Below are positions 27,546 to 41,700 of a DNA stretch of 64,000 nucleotides, piece by piece. The position numbers were made by a program, and so were the translations under genes. Below the pieces are notes generated by a model. It saw nothing but the letters and a program-made list of their open reading frames with translations. It did no database searches and had not been told where the DNA came from. The stretch is from NCBI RefSeq assembly GCF_006345805.1, contig NC_043005.1, positions 95,728,001-95,792,000 on the forward strand. Direction: 5' to 3'. Each line of letters opens with the position of its first letter. The first letter of the stretch is position 1. This DNA comes from Octopus sinensis. Lineage: Eukaryota.

Positions 27546-30199
27546 AAGATTTAGATATATTTTGTGTATTATTCATTAATAGAAACTTCTAAAATTGAGT
27601 CATTTGATGTGTGTGTGTGGGAAAGAAAGAGAGCTGGTTGTTATACATAAGGATGATTTAGAAAGTAGGAGTGATTGTAATGAATAGCAACCAGTTTATA
27701 GTATGAAATGCTTATTGCTGTAAGTTTGAGACAAAGCTTTTTTTTATGATAATTGCTGGCTGATAATTAATTTCAATTGAAGAGTTTGGAGCCCATCAAT
27801 TGGGATAATAACCATTTAATAACATTATCCTGGATTATATTAAATGGCTATTTTCTGTAGTTAGTCTGGATAAGAAATGCTTTGTGCCTAGTTTTTATAT
27901 TGACCTCCCTAGACTGGGTGAGCTTTATGTAATTGAAGTGTTGGAGAGAAAAAAAAGTTTTTCTGTCATGTTGTTCTGTGAAGAAAGATTGAATAAATTA
28001 CTTAGTTTGGTATTTGGTAGTAATTTGAAATTCTTTCTGATGATAAGTAACAAATTCATCAAATGGGATAGTGTAAAGTTGATTAGTAGAGGTCAATGTA
28101 GTTTACAAAGATGAGTCAGACAGAGGACTCAGCATGAGAGTGGGCAAGTATTTGTTGCTTATCAATCATCATCATCATCGTTTAACATCCGCTTTCCATG
28201 CTGGCATGGGTTGGATGGTTTGACTGAAGACTGGTGAGCTAGAGGCTGCACCAGGCTCAATCTGATCTGGCAAAGTTTCTACAGCTGGGTGCCCTTCCTA
28301 ACGTCAACCACTCCAAGAGTGTAGTGGGTGCTTTTACGTGACACCGGCACAGGGGCCAGTCACGCGGTACTGGTAATGACCACACTCAAAAGGTGTTTTT
28401 TACATGCTACCAATAAGTTTAAATTTGCATACACCTCTTTTCCTATGAAAAATAGGCATAAGTAGTTGTTGGTACATTAAGGTGGGTAAGCAGTATTTTG
28501 TTGTTTAGTATTAGTTTGAGCAGCAGACCTCTATGATAAAAATGTGCTAGTTGCTATGACTATCTCATCATTTTTACAAGTAATGCATCTAGGGCTACAA
28601 TATTCAATGTGTGATTTTTTTAATAAGTAGTTGGGTAAAGTTTGAAGGAGTTTTTGTTACTATTTCTTGCAGGTTGAGCAAAGCGCATAGAGGCTCATAG
28701 ATAAGTTGTATGTTAGTGTGTGTGTGTGTTGTACTTAGATGATTTACAGAAGAGGAGGAAGAGAAAAATCACATGGAAAATATATTTCATAGAATATCAC
28801 ACACCACACATATGTTATTATTAATATCCTGACAACCTATCCCTAAATATCTCACATCCTGAATAACAGTTGCTCAGGGATGTTTGGTTCTGGCCATTCT
28901 GATTGAGCATTAAGAGCTCCTTAACAAAAATTGTTTCAGAGCGTTAATAATAGCAATTGTATTGTGTGTATGTGATATTTAAGTGATTTTTGGTTTATTA
29001 TTCAATCAAATTCTTAAAGAAGTTATCAACATTTTAATCTTCTTAATTCCTTGATTGCCCCTTACCAAAATTAAACTTATAAACATAGGTATTTTTCATA
29101 AGTGGAGTATTTTCACCCCCTTCCCTATAGATGGGTACCTACAAGAGAATGAGACTAAATGAAAATAGGAATAAATTTGTTAGATCTGGCATGAAATAAG
29201 ACAGTCTTAACAGATGAGATGACACACATGTTTATTGTTATCAGCACATTATCATAATCATTGTGTGTAAGCAGCTGCCTCATCTACTGTAAATCACACT
29301 TGTTAGCATCTGTTCAATGCTGAAGTATTCATTATTTACTATGAAGAGATGGCCTAACCTTTGGGATGCACAGCAATTACAGCACAAACCAAAATAGCTG
29401 TTTTAAATTGCGAGGGAGGACATTTGTGTAGTTACAGTGCTAGAGTACTGACAACAGTTAATTAGTTTAATCCTTATGCAAATATCGTTATGCCTCCAGG
29501 CACATCACATAGCTCTGACTGGCTTGTTTTACTCCTACTTCACGGTTAAGTGGTAAGGAGTAGAATGGGCATCTAGCTGTAAATAAAGAAAAAAAAAGCA
29601 TTGCTTTCATAAAAAACCATCTCACTCATGTTAGCATAGAAAATAAACATGAAATAATAAATGGAAAATATTTGATGATTTATTGCTTCATAAACAACAT
29701 AAATATATATAATACTAGTCAGTGTTTTAATAATAACTGTCTTTGGTTTCAGGATGTGTCTGGTGTTGAAATATTTTCAAAACATTTTATATTACTGTGA
29801 AAGCAGTATTTGTGCCCTTTGTGTATGTATACATGCATATATGTGTGTGTGTGGTGTGTGTTTATACATATGTATATAAATATATATATATTCACGTGTT
29901 TGTATATATACATGCATATATATATATATATATGCGTGCCTATGCCCGTATGTGCATAGTGTTTTGAATTACATATGGGAATACTTATGTACATAGGTAA
30001 ACAAGGTGCTTCTGTGAGTATCGTCCTCCTGTCTCTCTTCCTTTCACTCGCAGGCTTTCGTACACAAACCTTTTTGTAAACATGTGTATGTGTTTGTTTA
30101 GCTTTGATGTAGGATGTATTTATCTAGCTTAGGTGATTTGACTTAGTGGGGGAGAAAAAAGAAGAAAAATGAAGAAATTTTTGCAGTGTCTTATCTCCT

Positions 30200-30570
30200 G
30201 AAATTTTACTTGTTTCAGTCATTTGACTGTGGCCATGCTGGAGCACCACTTTTAGTCAAGCAAATCAACCCCAGGACTTATTCTTTGTAAGCCTAGTACT
30301 TATTCTATCGGTTTCATTTGCCGAACTGCTAAGTTACGAGAACATAAACTCCCCAGCATCGGTTGTCAAGCAATTGTGGGGGGGAGACAAACACACACAC
30401 ACACATATATATATACGACAGGCTTCTTTCACTTTCCGTCTACCAAATAAACTCACAAGACATTGGTCAGTCCGAGGCTATAGTAGAAGACACTTGCCCA
30501 GGATGCCATGCAATGGGACTGAACCCGGAACCATGTGGTTGGTAAGCAAGCTACTTACCACACAGCCACT
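30200..30570 (-). mobile_element. SINE family A (a second, more decayed copy follows at 30605-30930)
   Basis: Homology to 63040-63440. Confidence 0.85.
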
Positions 30571-33137
30571 CTTAAGCCTGTGTATATACATATATTTTTT
30601 TATCTTTTACTTGTTTCAGTCATTAGACTATGGTCATGCTGGGGCACCACCTTGAATTTTTAGTCAAAGGAATCAACTCCAGTATTATTTTTTTTAAGCC
30701 TGGTACTTACACTATCGGTGTCGTTTGTCAAACAGTAGTTGGTGACAAACACAAACACACATTTATATATATACGATGGGCTTCTTTCAGTTTCCATCTA
30801 CGAAATCCACTCACAAGGCTTTAGTCAGCCTGAGACTATAGTAGATGACTCTTACCCAAAGTAACATGCAGTGGGAATGAACCTGGAACCATGTGGTTGG
30901 GAAACCTGCTTCTTACCACACAGCCATACTTACTCACACACACGCACATGCACACACACACACATTTCATAGAGCAATGACTCTTAGGAGACTGGTCTGA
31001 GTTCTTTCTCTACAGAATTGTACGTAGGGAAGCACGCTGTTTCCCCTCAATAGTCAGAGTTCAAAGTTAATGCATTAATAAGGAAATAGATAAGTTCATG
31101 TCAATAGGAATTTAAATTTAATGCATGAATAAATAATTATTATCTATTGAATAATTAGTGAATCATCAAATCATGAATTCTTTTAAAACTCATTCATTAA
31201 CTTATTTATTCAATTAATTTAAAATGTTCTTTAAGAACTCTTTGAAAAATAATTTCATAAATAAATTATTATACAATTAAATAATTAAATCAGTAATTTT
31301 TTTACAATTATTAATGCACAAATAAAGCGATAAAAGAACCAGGCTCTTCTGGACGAATAATTATGATTGCCATTATTATTTAGTGAATGATTATTGGACT
31401 TATGCATTGGGTGCTTTGTCTTACATTATGGTTTTCCTTCGTTTTTAAACAGAAACATTCAATCATATATATGTATGTGCAGATGTCTCTCTATAAGACA
31501 CACACACACACACAAATGTATATGATACATACACACATGATGAGAATTCACTCTCAAGGTTTTGGTCAGCCTGGGGTTATAGTGGAAAACACTTGTCCAT
31601 GGTGCTGCACAGTGGAGCTTAACCAAAGACCACATGATTCATGTCTGCATGTGTATTTGTGTGAATTATGTTATTGTTTTGTACAAACTATTATATTTTT
31701 TCTTTGCATCATCAAAACAGGAATCTAGTGAAGTGGTTAACTTACATTCCAGTAGTTCAATATTTGATGTCTCTGTATTCACTTCTCTCTAAACTCATCT
31801 TAACATTCTAAACCTGATCAGGTAATTTTTTTTATTCTGTTAATGTTTAGCTTAGGTGTACATCAGTGAACATCTGGTTAATATTTTTACAGCTAACCTT
31901 AACAAGGAACATAACTGCTTAGCACAAATTATGTTTGAAAATCATTTTCCAAACCTGACTCTTTCTGTGAAATCATGGTTGTCTGCTTTTGGTTTAAAAT
32001 CTATTTTGGTACTCTGTATGTAAGAGCATCTCATGTAAGATGGTGAATTAGCAGAGTTATTAGAACAATAGAACCAGATTTTAAAAAATAATCAATAGGG
32101 TCGATTTGTTCCGCTAAACCTTTCACGGCAGTGCCCCAGCATGGCCATAGTCCAATGACTGAAACAAGTAAAAGATAAAAGGTACTGAAAATATATGTTG
32201 TTGAAAAACCTGAAGCTGCAGTTCTTCATCCAGGAAGAAACCCTTTTTATAGAAGTCATCAGCATCGTTTAACGTCCGTTTTCCATGCTAGCATGGGTTG
32301 GACGATTTTGACTGAGGGCTGGCAACCAGATGGCTGCATCAGACTCCAGTCTTGATCTGGCAGAGTTTCTACAGCTGAATGCCCTTCCTAACGCCAACTA
32401 CTCCGAGAGTGTAGTGTGTGCTTTTTACGTGCCACCGGCACGGGGGCCAGTCAGGTGGTACTGGCAATGACCTCGCTCGAATCTTTTTACACGTGCCAGT
32501 GAAGCGATGTTGGTAACGATCACGCTCGAATGGTGCCCTTTTACATGCCACGGGTACGGAAGCCAATTGGCTGCTCTGGGAGTGATCACGCTCAGATGGT
32601 GTTCTTGACATAAGTGCCAGTAAGGTGACGCTGGTAACGATCATACTCGAATAGCCGCTCTGTCAATGATCACACTCATATGGTGCTCTTTGCACCCCAC
32701 TAGCACGGATGCCAGTCATCATGAAAAGCACAATATACTTTTGAGTTGGTTCTGTGCCTTCAGAGTTTAAATCTCACATCCTGTCACCATGAAGTATCTG
32801 CTGGTACTTCTGTCAGAAGTTGACAAACTGACCAGCAGAAAGAAAATTAAAGATGTCTCCAACAAACAGGCAACTCATGAAGTGTAATCCCAAATAAAAT
32901 ATACACTTGAAATTTGCAATCTTCTAGGGTAAATGGAGAATGCTTTCATGCATAGCCTGCAAATTCCCCAAGAAGTAAGTTTTGGAAAAACTTCTTTTGT
33001 TCCAAACCACATGGTTCTGTTTCAGTTCCAGTGCATGGCATCTTGGGCAAGTATCTTTTATTATAGTCCCAGACCGAGCAAAATCCTATAACTGAATTTG
33101 ATAGACAGAAGCTGGAAGAAGGCCTTTATATATAATT

Positions 33138-33177
<40 letters not shown>

Positions 33178-33193
<16 letters not shown>

Positions 33194-33393
33194 ATCAAAG
33201 CAAGAAACTCAGAAGAGGGCAGCTGTGTCGTACTCCCTCTATTACCAAATACTAATCACATAAGAATGGTCACTGAAAACGTGTCATCACATTTTCAGTG
33301 ACCATTCTTATGTGATTAGTATTTGGTAATAGAGGGAGTACGACACAGCTGCCCTCTTCTGAGTTTCTTGCTTTGATACACACACACACACAC
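33178..33393. repeat. Perfect inverted repeat, 102-bp arms with a 12-nt spacer
   Basis: 33178-33279 is the exact reverse complement of 33292-33393, checked base by base. It sits inside the central microsatellite of a family-A SINE (about 32995-33600). Confidence 0.97.
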
Positions 33394-34136
33394 GTACGTT
33401 TGGATCCCACCACTGCTTGACAACCAATGTTGGTTTGTTTATGTCCCTATAACTTAGCAGTTTGGCAAAAAGAGACTGACAGAACATATACCATATTTAC
33501 TTTAAAAAATAAGTACTGGGGTCCATCGGTTCGGCTAAATTCTTCAAGCTGATGCCCCAGTATGTGCACGGTCCAATGACTGAAACAAGTAAGAAATAAA
33601 AGATCTATCATACTTCAGAACTACTAAGGTCTCTAGATCCCTCTAATAGATCCTAATTATAATGATTTACGAGTTTATATTTTCTTACCATTGCCATCTA
33701 ATTGGTATGAATGCTACTAAATGGACTTAATTACATTGAGACAATCTGTTGTTGTAACTTGGCGTTTTGCAAACAACTGAAATGTTGGAACTTGCAATAT
33801 AATCTTTTGGTTCTTGATTCTGCTGCTAACTACTCACCTTTTATGCATGTGTAGTGTTTCATATAGAAAATAATTGATAGATATTCTCTTTCTTTCGATA
33901 GTATCGTTTTCAGTTGCCTCTTAATTGATAACTTTAATTAATCTGCCGTTTTCATTTTTATCTTTCACTGATAGCATTTTCTTGTTTAATGATCTATTCA
34001 GTCTTCATTAATTTCAATTTTGTATTCTTTGTTGTTGTGGTAGAACTTTGTTAGCTGTTGAAGGAATTGTACAAATACTTTAAAAACAAACAAAAAAAAA
34101 ATTCTAATTCTAACAGATTATGTTTCTGTTGTTTGA

Positions 34137-35872
34137 CCCTTTAGTGTTCAGACTGGCCAAAACTGGCCAAAAATAATTCCCCTTTATTTGTTTGAAATTG
34201 GCCAAATCTGGCCATATCTTATTCCTCTATGAAATCACTAAAAAAATAAACAAATCTCACTATTGAACTCTTGTTGCTTTGAGATAATGTAAGATAAAGC
34301 CTTTCCTGCCTTAATTCAAGTAAAAATACTGTGAAAGTTTTGAGACTTCTTGGGTTTTTTTCATCATTTAAAGAGAAGTGTATATCTTAGATTTTAATGA
34401 TATGGTGTCACCAAGTAGCGATTCCAACTTTGAAAGTTTTACTCATGATGTACGAAATATAAACGAAAACAACAAAGATTTGTCTTTGGACGAATCTGAT
34501 TTTGATATTTATGAATCTTTGTCAGATGAGGAAGATTTTCATAATGAAAATGATATTGAAAACATTATGGCAACATGGTTGAAGATTACTACATCAACCA
34601 CAATTCCCGATTTCACAGAAAAGACTAGTCAACAACACAGTATACCTCCCGATGCTTAAACATTCAAATATTTATTTTTATTTCTAACGAAAAGGTTTTT
34701 TGAAACTGTCATGGAGGAAACATAAATATGCTCAATGCATAATTTCTATTCGTGGAAGACCCTACCCACTATGGCAACCAACTGATACTGCGGAAGTGTG
34801 AGCTTTTTTTACTCTAAACATTATGTTTAGTATCAAGCAGCTTCCTTGAATGTGGAACTACTGGAGTCCTGATATAAGGTATGGTAATCCATATATCTCC
34901 AGCATTATGTCTAACTATAGTTAATTCATATATTCTTAATGTAAAAAGCCACAAGGTACCTTCGCCACCAAAGGATTACAACCATTTGAAATTTTGGGTT
35001 GACATCGCATCTCAGTTACATGAGAGCTTTTCTTCCAGAGAGCACAGAACTGGGAGGAAAGCAAAATTAACTGAGGTGGATGTCAGCAGAGAAAATATTG
35101 ATTTCCATAAAAGTTTGCAGACTATGTTCACTGCAAAAACAAAAAACTGCAAAAGGTTATCAGGTTGAGACCTTATGTATGTGTTCGTTTTGCAAAGTGC
35201 CCTTGTGTAAAGGGTGCTTTGGGCTGTTTCATGACAGAAATATGGCATAACTAAAATTATATGTGAAAGTGAGAAATACATGTTGATTTTCAGTCTGTTG
35301 CACACCTGTTTTCACCATTGTCTCACCTGTTAATGAGCTTTTTTTATTGGATGCATTCTATAATGTAAATGTATTCATTAAATTGTGTAAGAGTGCATAG
35401 CCAATGGTATATTAGCTAGTAAAAGAGTTTTGTACTTTATTTTCAATGAAAATGTTTGAATGAAATATAGAGAAAGAATAAAATCTTGTGCCGATTATAC
35501 TTGTATTCTAATTCAAATTAATGTACTTCATCTTGAAAAGTGGCAAAATAGTTGGCAGTTGACATCTGGGATAATTTTAGTAATAAATCAAACAGGTAAG
35601 ATGCTTAAGAACTTCAATTTTAGTGTTTATCTATAATGCTATTGTTTTTACACCTATTAATTAAATTTACGTTCCCATAAAAGTCAAATTTAATCAGAAA
35701 GATCAGCTAAAATTACCACCGGTATATAAGCACCCACTGACAAATTTTAAAATTTGTATGTAAAAGATTAACGAAGTTACAAGCAAATATTGTGGACACC
35801 CCTCTTGAATAATTCAAAATAATGTGAAGAAATAAGTATTACATTTGACAGATTAATCTGAACGCTAAAGGG
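34137..35872 (+). mobile_element. piggyBac DNA transposon, internally deleted, with PGBD4-like transposase remnant
   Basis: TIRs ccctttagtgttcaga / tctgaacgctaaaggg; flanks TTGA and TTAA. Acidic N-terminus, LWQPTDTAEV*AFFTLNIMFSIKQLP*MWNYWS, and C-terminal Cys-rich CKVPLCK.GCFGLFH. Confidence 0.88.
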
Positions 35873-37789
35873 TTAAAGACTCAAATTATGTGGGTTTTTT
35901 TTTTCTTTTTTCAAATCTTCCTCGGGTCAACTTTGCCTTTCATCTCTCCAGTGACAATAAAATAAGTACCAGTCAAGTACAGCAGGGGTTTTGTTTACCC
36001 ACTTCAGTCCAGTTTAATGTCTTATGTCTATCTTAGAAAATATTGACACACTGTCAGCCACATGTTAAAAAAAAAACACTAAAATATAAATATATTTCTT
36101 TATTGCCCACAAGGAGCTAAACACAGAGGGGACAAACAAAGGGATTAAGTTGATTACATCGACCCCAGTGCATAACTGGTACTTTATCGACCCTGAAAGG
36201 ATGAAAGGCAAAGTCGACCTCGGCGGAATTTGAACTCAGAACGTAGTGGCGAGAGAGAATGTGTCCTGTTATTTCCAATGTATAAGAAGTGTGAGTGTCT
36301 ATATTTATCTGTTTTTCTTCCGGAAAATACCATATACTGCTGTTACCTGAATTGATGTTTGGTTAATTAAAAAAAAAGGCAATAATCTAACTTTTGTGTT
36401 ATTGATATGATCTTGGTTTCTTGATTTTTCATGTAGAAATTGATGTGAAGATAGCAACTAAATTAATAATCAATCTATAGATTATTAACAATAATTATCA
36501 TGTTTTCCTTTGCATGTCTGAAAGAGTTAGCAAGAATACATGACAGTAATACACACAAATCAAATTAACTGTTCACAAGAAATTTACAATCTCTGTCAAA
36601 TACAATCATCATCCTCATTTAACATCCACTTTTCCAAGCTTGCATTGGTCAGACAGAATTTGTTGTAACAGATTTTTCTACTGCTGGATGCTCTTCCTGT
36701 CAACAAACTTCACCTGTTTCCGAGCAAAGTAGTATTTTCGTGGAGGACTGAAAACAGATAACCTTGCTTGTATAACTGATGCTCATTTACAACCATCATA
36801 TAATAGACAGGGGTATACACACACATATGCACAAACAAATTTCTTTCAATTTCCATCTACCAAATCCACTCACAAGGCTTTGATGAGCTATAGTAAAAGA
36901 AAATAATGTGTTGCCTTTTTTTTTATGAATTTCATATGGCTTTTTATGAAAACTTTTTTTTCTGTGTTTGTGACAAGAAGGGCATCTGGCCATTGAAAGC
37001 TCTGCTCCAACATACTTTCATCTGAGTCATGCCACCATTCATAATGAGCATCATTATCATCTATGAGGATAATGAAATGTGTGTGTGTATAAAAAATTTA
37101 TATATAAATACATCTATTACGTGTATATTTATATACATGCATATGTCAGTGTGTGTGTGTTCCCATGTGTCCAGTTAACTCCAGAATTCAAGGTGAGTTG
37201 TAGTTTTTTAGTGCAGTGCATTTCAGCCCTCTAGAGGCTTACAGTTTTGCTGTTTTTTTGCTAAATTCTGTGTTAATATGCTTCCTCCATGTGTTGGTTT
37301 GTGTTAGAACACTGCACTGGGTGTTATGGCTTTGAAGAAATGCTCCTAAGAATCCTGCAATAAAGTTGTTTGATAGATCCTATGTATCTTGCTCGACATG
37401 TACAACTATATTTGTAGATTAAATTTTGGTTTGCAAACTGGACAAACACTGTCTAGTGACTCAGTCTCCAATCTGATTAGACAAACTTCTAAGAGAGCAT
37501 GTTTCTTGTGTATTGTTGTTGTATTATCTAATGATGTGACTTTGTATTGTGATTCTAACAGGAAGAGCCGACCTCTTGACACAGTTTTAAACTGCTCTCA
37601 GTTATTTCCCTAATGTATTATGAGTTGACATAGATTCAGTTTTCTTAGTTTTCATGGCTTCATGTTTCTTTCTCTTTCCTTTTCTGTATATCCCTTGGTC
37701 TCTTTCTCTTTCCCTTTTTTTTTTCCAGCAGTAGGATAGTTGGTTAAATTTCCATTAGTAACCTCTGCCTGCTCAATAATGTGTGATCC

Positions 37790-38790
37790 AATTCTGTTTG
37801 GCCAGCACACTATGACAACCAAACTGACACTAATACATCTGTTGATAGGTCATCACTTTTTTCACAGTTCATTGGACTAATGGTGGACATCCAGCTTACT
37901 ACATCTGAAATCAGTTTTCCTAACATGTATCTTTTCTTTATTTTCCTTCCACTTAGCTTATTTGACATTCCATTATTCAACTGTTATCCTTCAAATGCAT
38001 CTCATGTTTGTACCATCTCATTTGTACCCCATTAGTTAACTGTTACCTTTCATATGCATCTTATGCTTGTACCAACTCCTTTGTACTCTATTGTTCAGGT
38101 GTGTTATCATTATAAATCCAGAACTATGCTCACTCCATTTCTTTTCAGCCTTTCTACAGCCACTGCACTTTGTATGCAAACATCATACACTCTGCTCTTC
38201 ACTCTTTGTTGCCATCAGAGTTAATAGTGCCTTGGACATTTCCAATTTCCACCCTGTTCTTATTTTGGCTGCTATTCATTCTAAACACCCACCCTCCCCT
38301 ATTACTATTTAGAAGCTATCAACTACTTTTTTTTTTTTTTTGTTAATCATTTGAAAGAATTTATATCTTGTTTCTCTTAGCGCTAACTACTCCAGCCTAT
38401 CTGCTACATGCAAAGTTATATTTTTCTGCCAGCCCCTTTGTAATCCCACTGCACTTCTTATGCATGAATAATTTTATATTGGTTATAATGAATACAGTTC
38501 CTAACTGGTCTTTTTTTGGGATACTAAACATGGCTACTGCCCAGATGATAATAGGATCCTGTTTTCTTTCTTGCTAAGACTTTGGAATTCCCAATTCTAA
38601 AGATTTGTTTCCACATTTGAAATTTCTTCTCTTAATTTTTCAATAAATTTAACTAAGTTATCAGCATACAAAAGTTCCCATGAATTACAATTAAACATTT
38701 GGAGGCTGATAACTGAGTTCTGATGGATACCTACTTACATGCTAAATTCCTCATTGATCTTGTTGCTAACTCTTACCTTTATGGCAGCAT
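37790..38790 (-). mobile_element. Old RTE LINE RT/3' fragment
   Basis: Decayed motifs VGIHQNSV, FLYADNLV, MHKKCSGITKGL, GGGCLE*IAAKIRTGWK, corresponding to the RTE at 19.5-22.9 kb. Confidence 0.55.
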
Positions 38791-41700
38791 CTCTGTAATC
38801 CAGAATACAGTAGACAAGTTGGTTGGCTAGTTTTGAGTATCTGAATTCCTAGAGTGGTTAATGCTTCAAGTACTTTTGTGGTATCATGTCCATCATGGTG
38901 TAGACAGAAAAAAATATTTGATTACTCGCCAGATGGGACACTCCTGGTACAGTTTGTCAGGAATCAACCTTTCAGTCTGGGCAAATAACAGAAAAGGAAG
39001 ATCTCTCCATAAGGAATGGGGAAGGGAGCTGAGAATTTCCATGCCACAGTATAAGACTTTGAATTTAGCTAGTAAGCTGAACAAGGAGTTTTCATTGTTG
39101 TCGGAACAGTTTGAGTAATGGTGGGTCATACTTGCCAAGATAGTGAGTGAGGTACACCATTTTTTACACACTATGTTTAAAGGTTAACTACCAGAGAGAG
39201 CATATACACAATTTCTAGTAGTTAGAAGAGAACCTTAATGATTTCTTACATAGACACAAGTCCTGAAATTGATGGAGGAATATAATCAATTATATTGATC
39301 TCAGTACTTGACTGGTACTTTATTTTGTTTGATCTTGGAAGGATGAAAGGTAGAATTGCTCTTTGTGGAATTTAAACTCAGAATGTAATGGCTAAGAACA
39401 AATACAACAGTGTGCTTTTTTGATGCTCTAACAGTTCTGCCAATCGAGAAATAATAAATAATGGCGGTGCCCCAGCATGGCCACAGCTCTTGAGCTGAAA
39501 CTAGATAAAATAAAATAAAAAATAAAATATATGCTTAGTTAACATGCTCACTCAACATTATCCTTGAGAAATAAAGACTATATCATCTTCACAAGCTACT
39601 GGTATTGAAGAAGGCTGATTACTTACCTAAATAAATTTTTGATGGAACCACTGATGGAGAGAGAGAGACACCATTTCATGTTTGTATAGTGACTTGCAGA
39701 GAGAAAGAGAGAGGAGGGAGCGTGTTTACAATTTGTCATAGTTATAGGAGATCCTTAATAAAAATGATGGAAATAATAATTGTTCTTCATTAGTTCAAAG
39801 TTAGCAAACTAACTTGTATTAGCTTCTTTGAAAAATGGAGAATATTATTCTGATGTCCAGGTATGTATATATAATTTATCAAATTTGGAGAATTTGTATT
39901 AGTTGTTGAAGCAAATATTTCATTTCCTAATGCAAGCCATCCAACTATAAGATTGAATTCAGGTGAATAAAATTGACTGCTTTTGCTTTGGCAGAAAAAA
40001 TAAATGAATATAATATTGAAATTTTCTTCAAAATCAACTAGATTCACTTAAGCAAATATAAAAATGTGCCTGTAATATGATTTGAACATATAACTTTTGG
40101 TAAAGTAGAACACTACATACAGTGTCATTCCTCCAATATTTCTTTTTAATAAATTATCTAAAATAAACTATATATTTAACAGTGCATTCTCCATACTGTG
40201 TACAGAAATAATGCATATTTATTGGTTATTTAAATATTCTAGAAAACCCAACTGAGAAGAAATATTTTCTAAAACAAAATGTTTTCCATCTTTTCACTAT
40301 TGAGCTTACCAGCAAATCTTTTATTATACTCTAGAGTTTATTGCAACAGAAAATCTGTGTAATAGTTATGATATATTTCTGAGATTATAAAGCCATACAG
40401 TATAGGGGAAGCAAATGATTTACAATGTTATACAAAATTCCTAATTCATGTCATCGGCTTCATCATCATCATCATCAATATTTATATATGTCTGCTTTTT
40501 CTATGTCAGCATGGGTTAGATGAGATTTGTTGTGTCAGTTTTCTACAGCTTGATGCCATTCCTGTTGCCAACCCTTACCTATTTCCAAGTAAAGTATTTA
40601 TGCATCTGGTCTCAGCAAACCAGGAAATTAAAGTTAACCATGTAGAAAGGCATGATACCAAGTTTCAGTTAAGGTTAGCTATATTTTGGAAATAAATCGA
40701 TTCCAGTAAATTTTCCAAAACCTCAGGAAATAGAATCCCTTGGTTTTTACTGTTTTATAAGGAGAGAATGCTGCACTGTCAGGGCCATGTGATATAATGG
40801 GAGGATGCCAGCTGTGCAAAGAGGTAGGGAACATTTGAAGTTGATGTAACGTGTGGAAGACATGAGATGATGTGATGAACCTAAGGAGTCAGGAGATGAT
40901 GGGATGGACATATTTCAAGACCATGAATCTCAACTAGGAGTGGAGATAACAAATGCAATGAAAAGCAACATGTAGCATTGGAGAACGGCCATCTGTCTGC
41001 GCAAACATTGCAAAGCAGTCATTTACATGGTGGTTGGTGATGGAGGTTGAGCTGTATAAAAAAAACCTACTTTGGGTCTCCCTTTGTTTCTGTTAAATCT
41101 CCATCTGCTACATTTTTCATTACCTACTCATTTGTCACTCATGCCACCTGTTTAATGAGATGTCACTTGATTTGTCTCAATCCAACATCACCCTTCTTTT
41201 CCACAGTGATGCCTGTCTAATAACAGATTCATTAAATCTGACCACTCTCTCTCTCCTTCTTCTCACTTTCCATCAGCATCTGCTATTCTGGCTTTCCTTC
41301 CCTCATCTCTATTGCTATTCAGCACTCATTTTAACCATCACCCATTCTTCTTGGTATCCCACCATGCCCCACACTTCCTGCTTTTTCTATTGAATCTCTT
41401 TACCAAAATCCAATCTGTAGCTATCACTATCTTTTTTCTATTACTCCCTCTCTTGCCATCTTCTTACTCCTATCACTATGTTACCCTTATTATACTCATA
41501 CTCCTCCAATCTCTTGGTTATCACTCTCCATTCTGTTCACTCTTTTCTTCACATTTGCCTTGAACAAACGCCATTTCTACCTGTATTTATTTTTATCTTC
41601 TCAATCTTAAGTCTGCAACTGTCAATCACCCCAAACTGCAACTCACATTATTTTTCTAAATATATTTCGGACAATCTGTGCACTGCATATCTTTTATCAT

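Noticed and set aside
33195-33376. Reading the perfect hairpin as a TA-flanked Tc1/mariner MITE
   Set aside because: The flanks are (GT)n left and (AC)n right, i.e. part of the symmetry, which insertion into one tract would not produce. Not excluded without a genome search.
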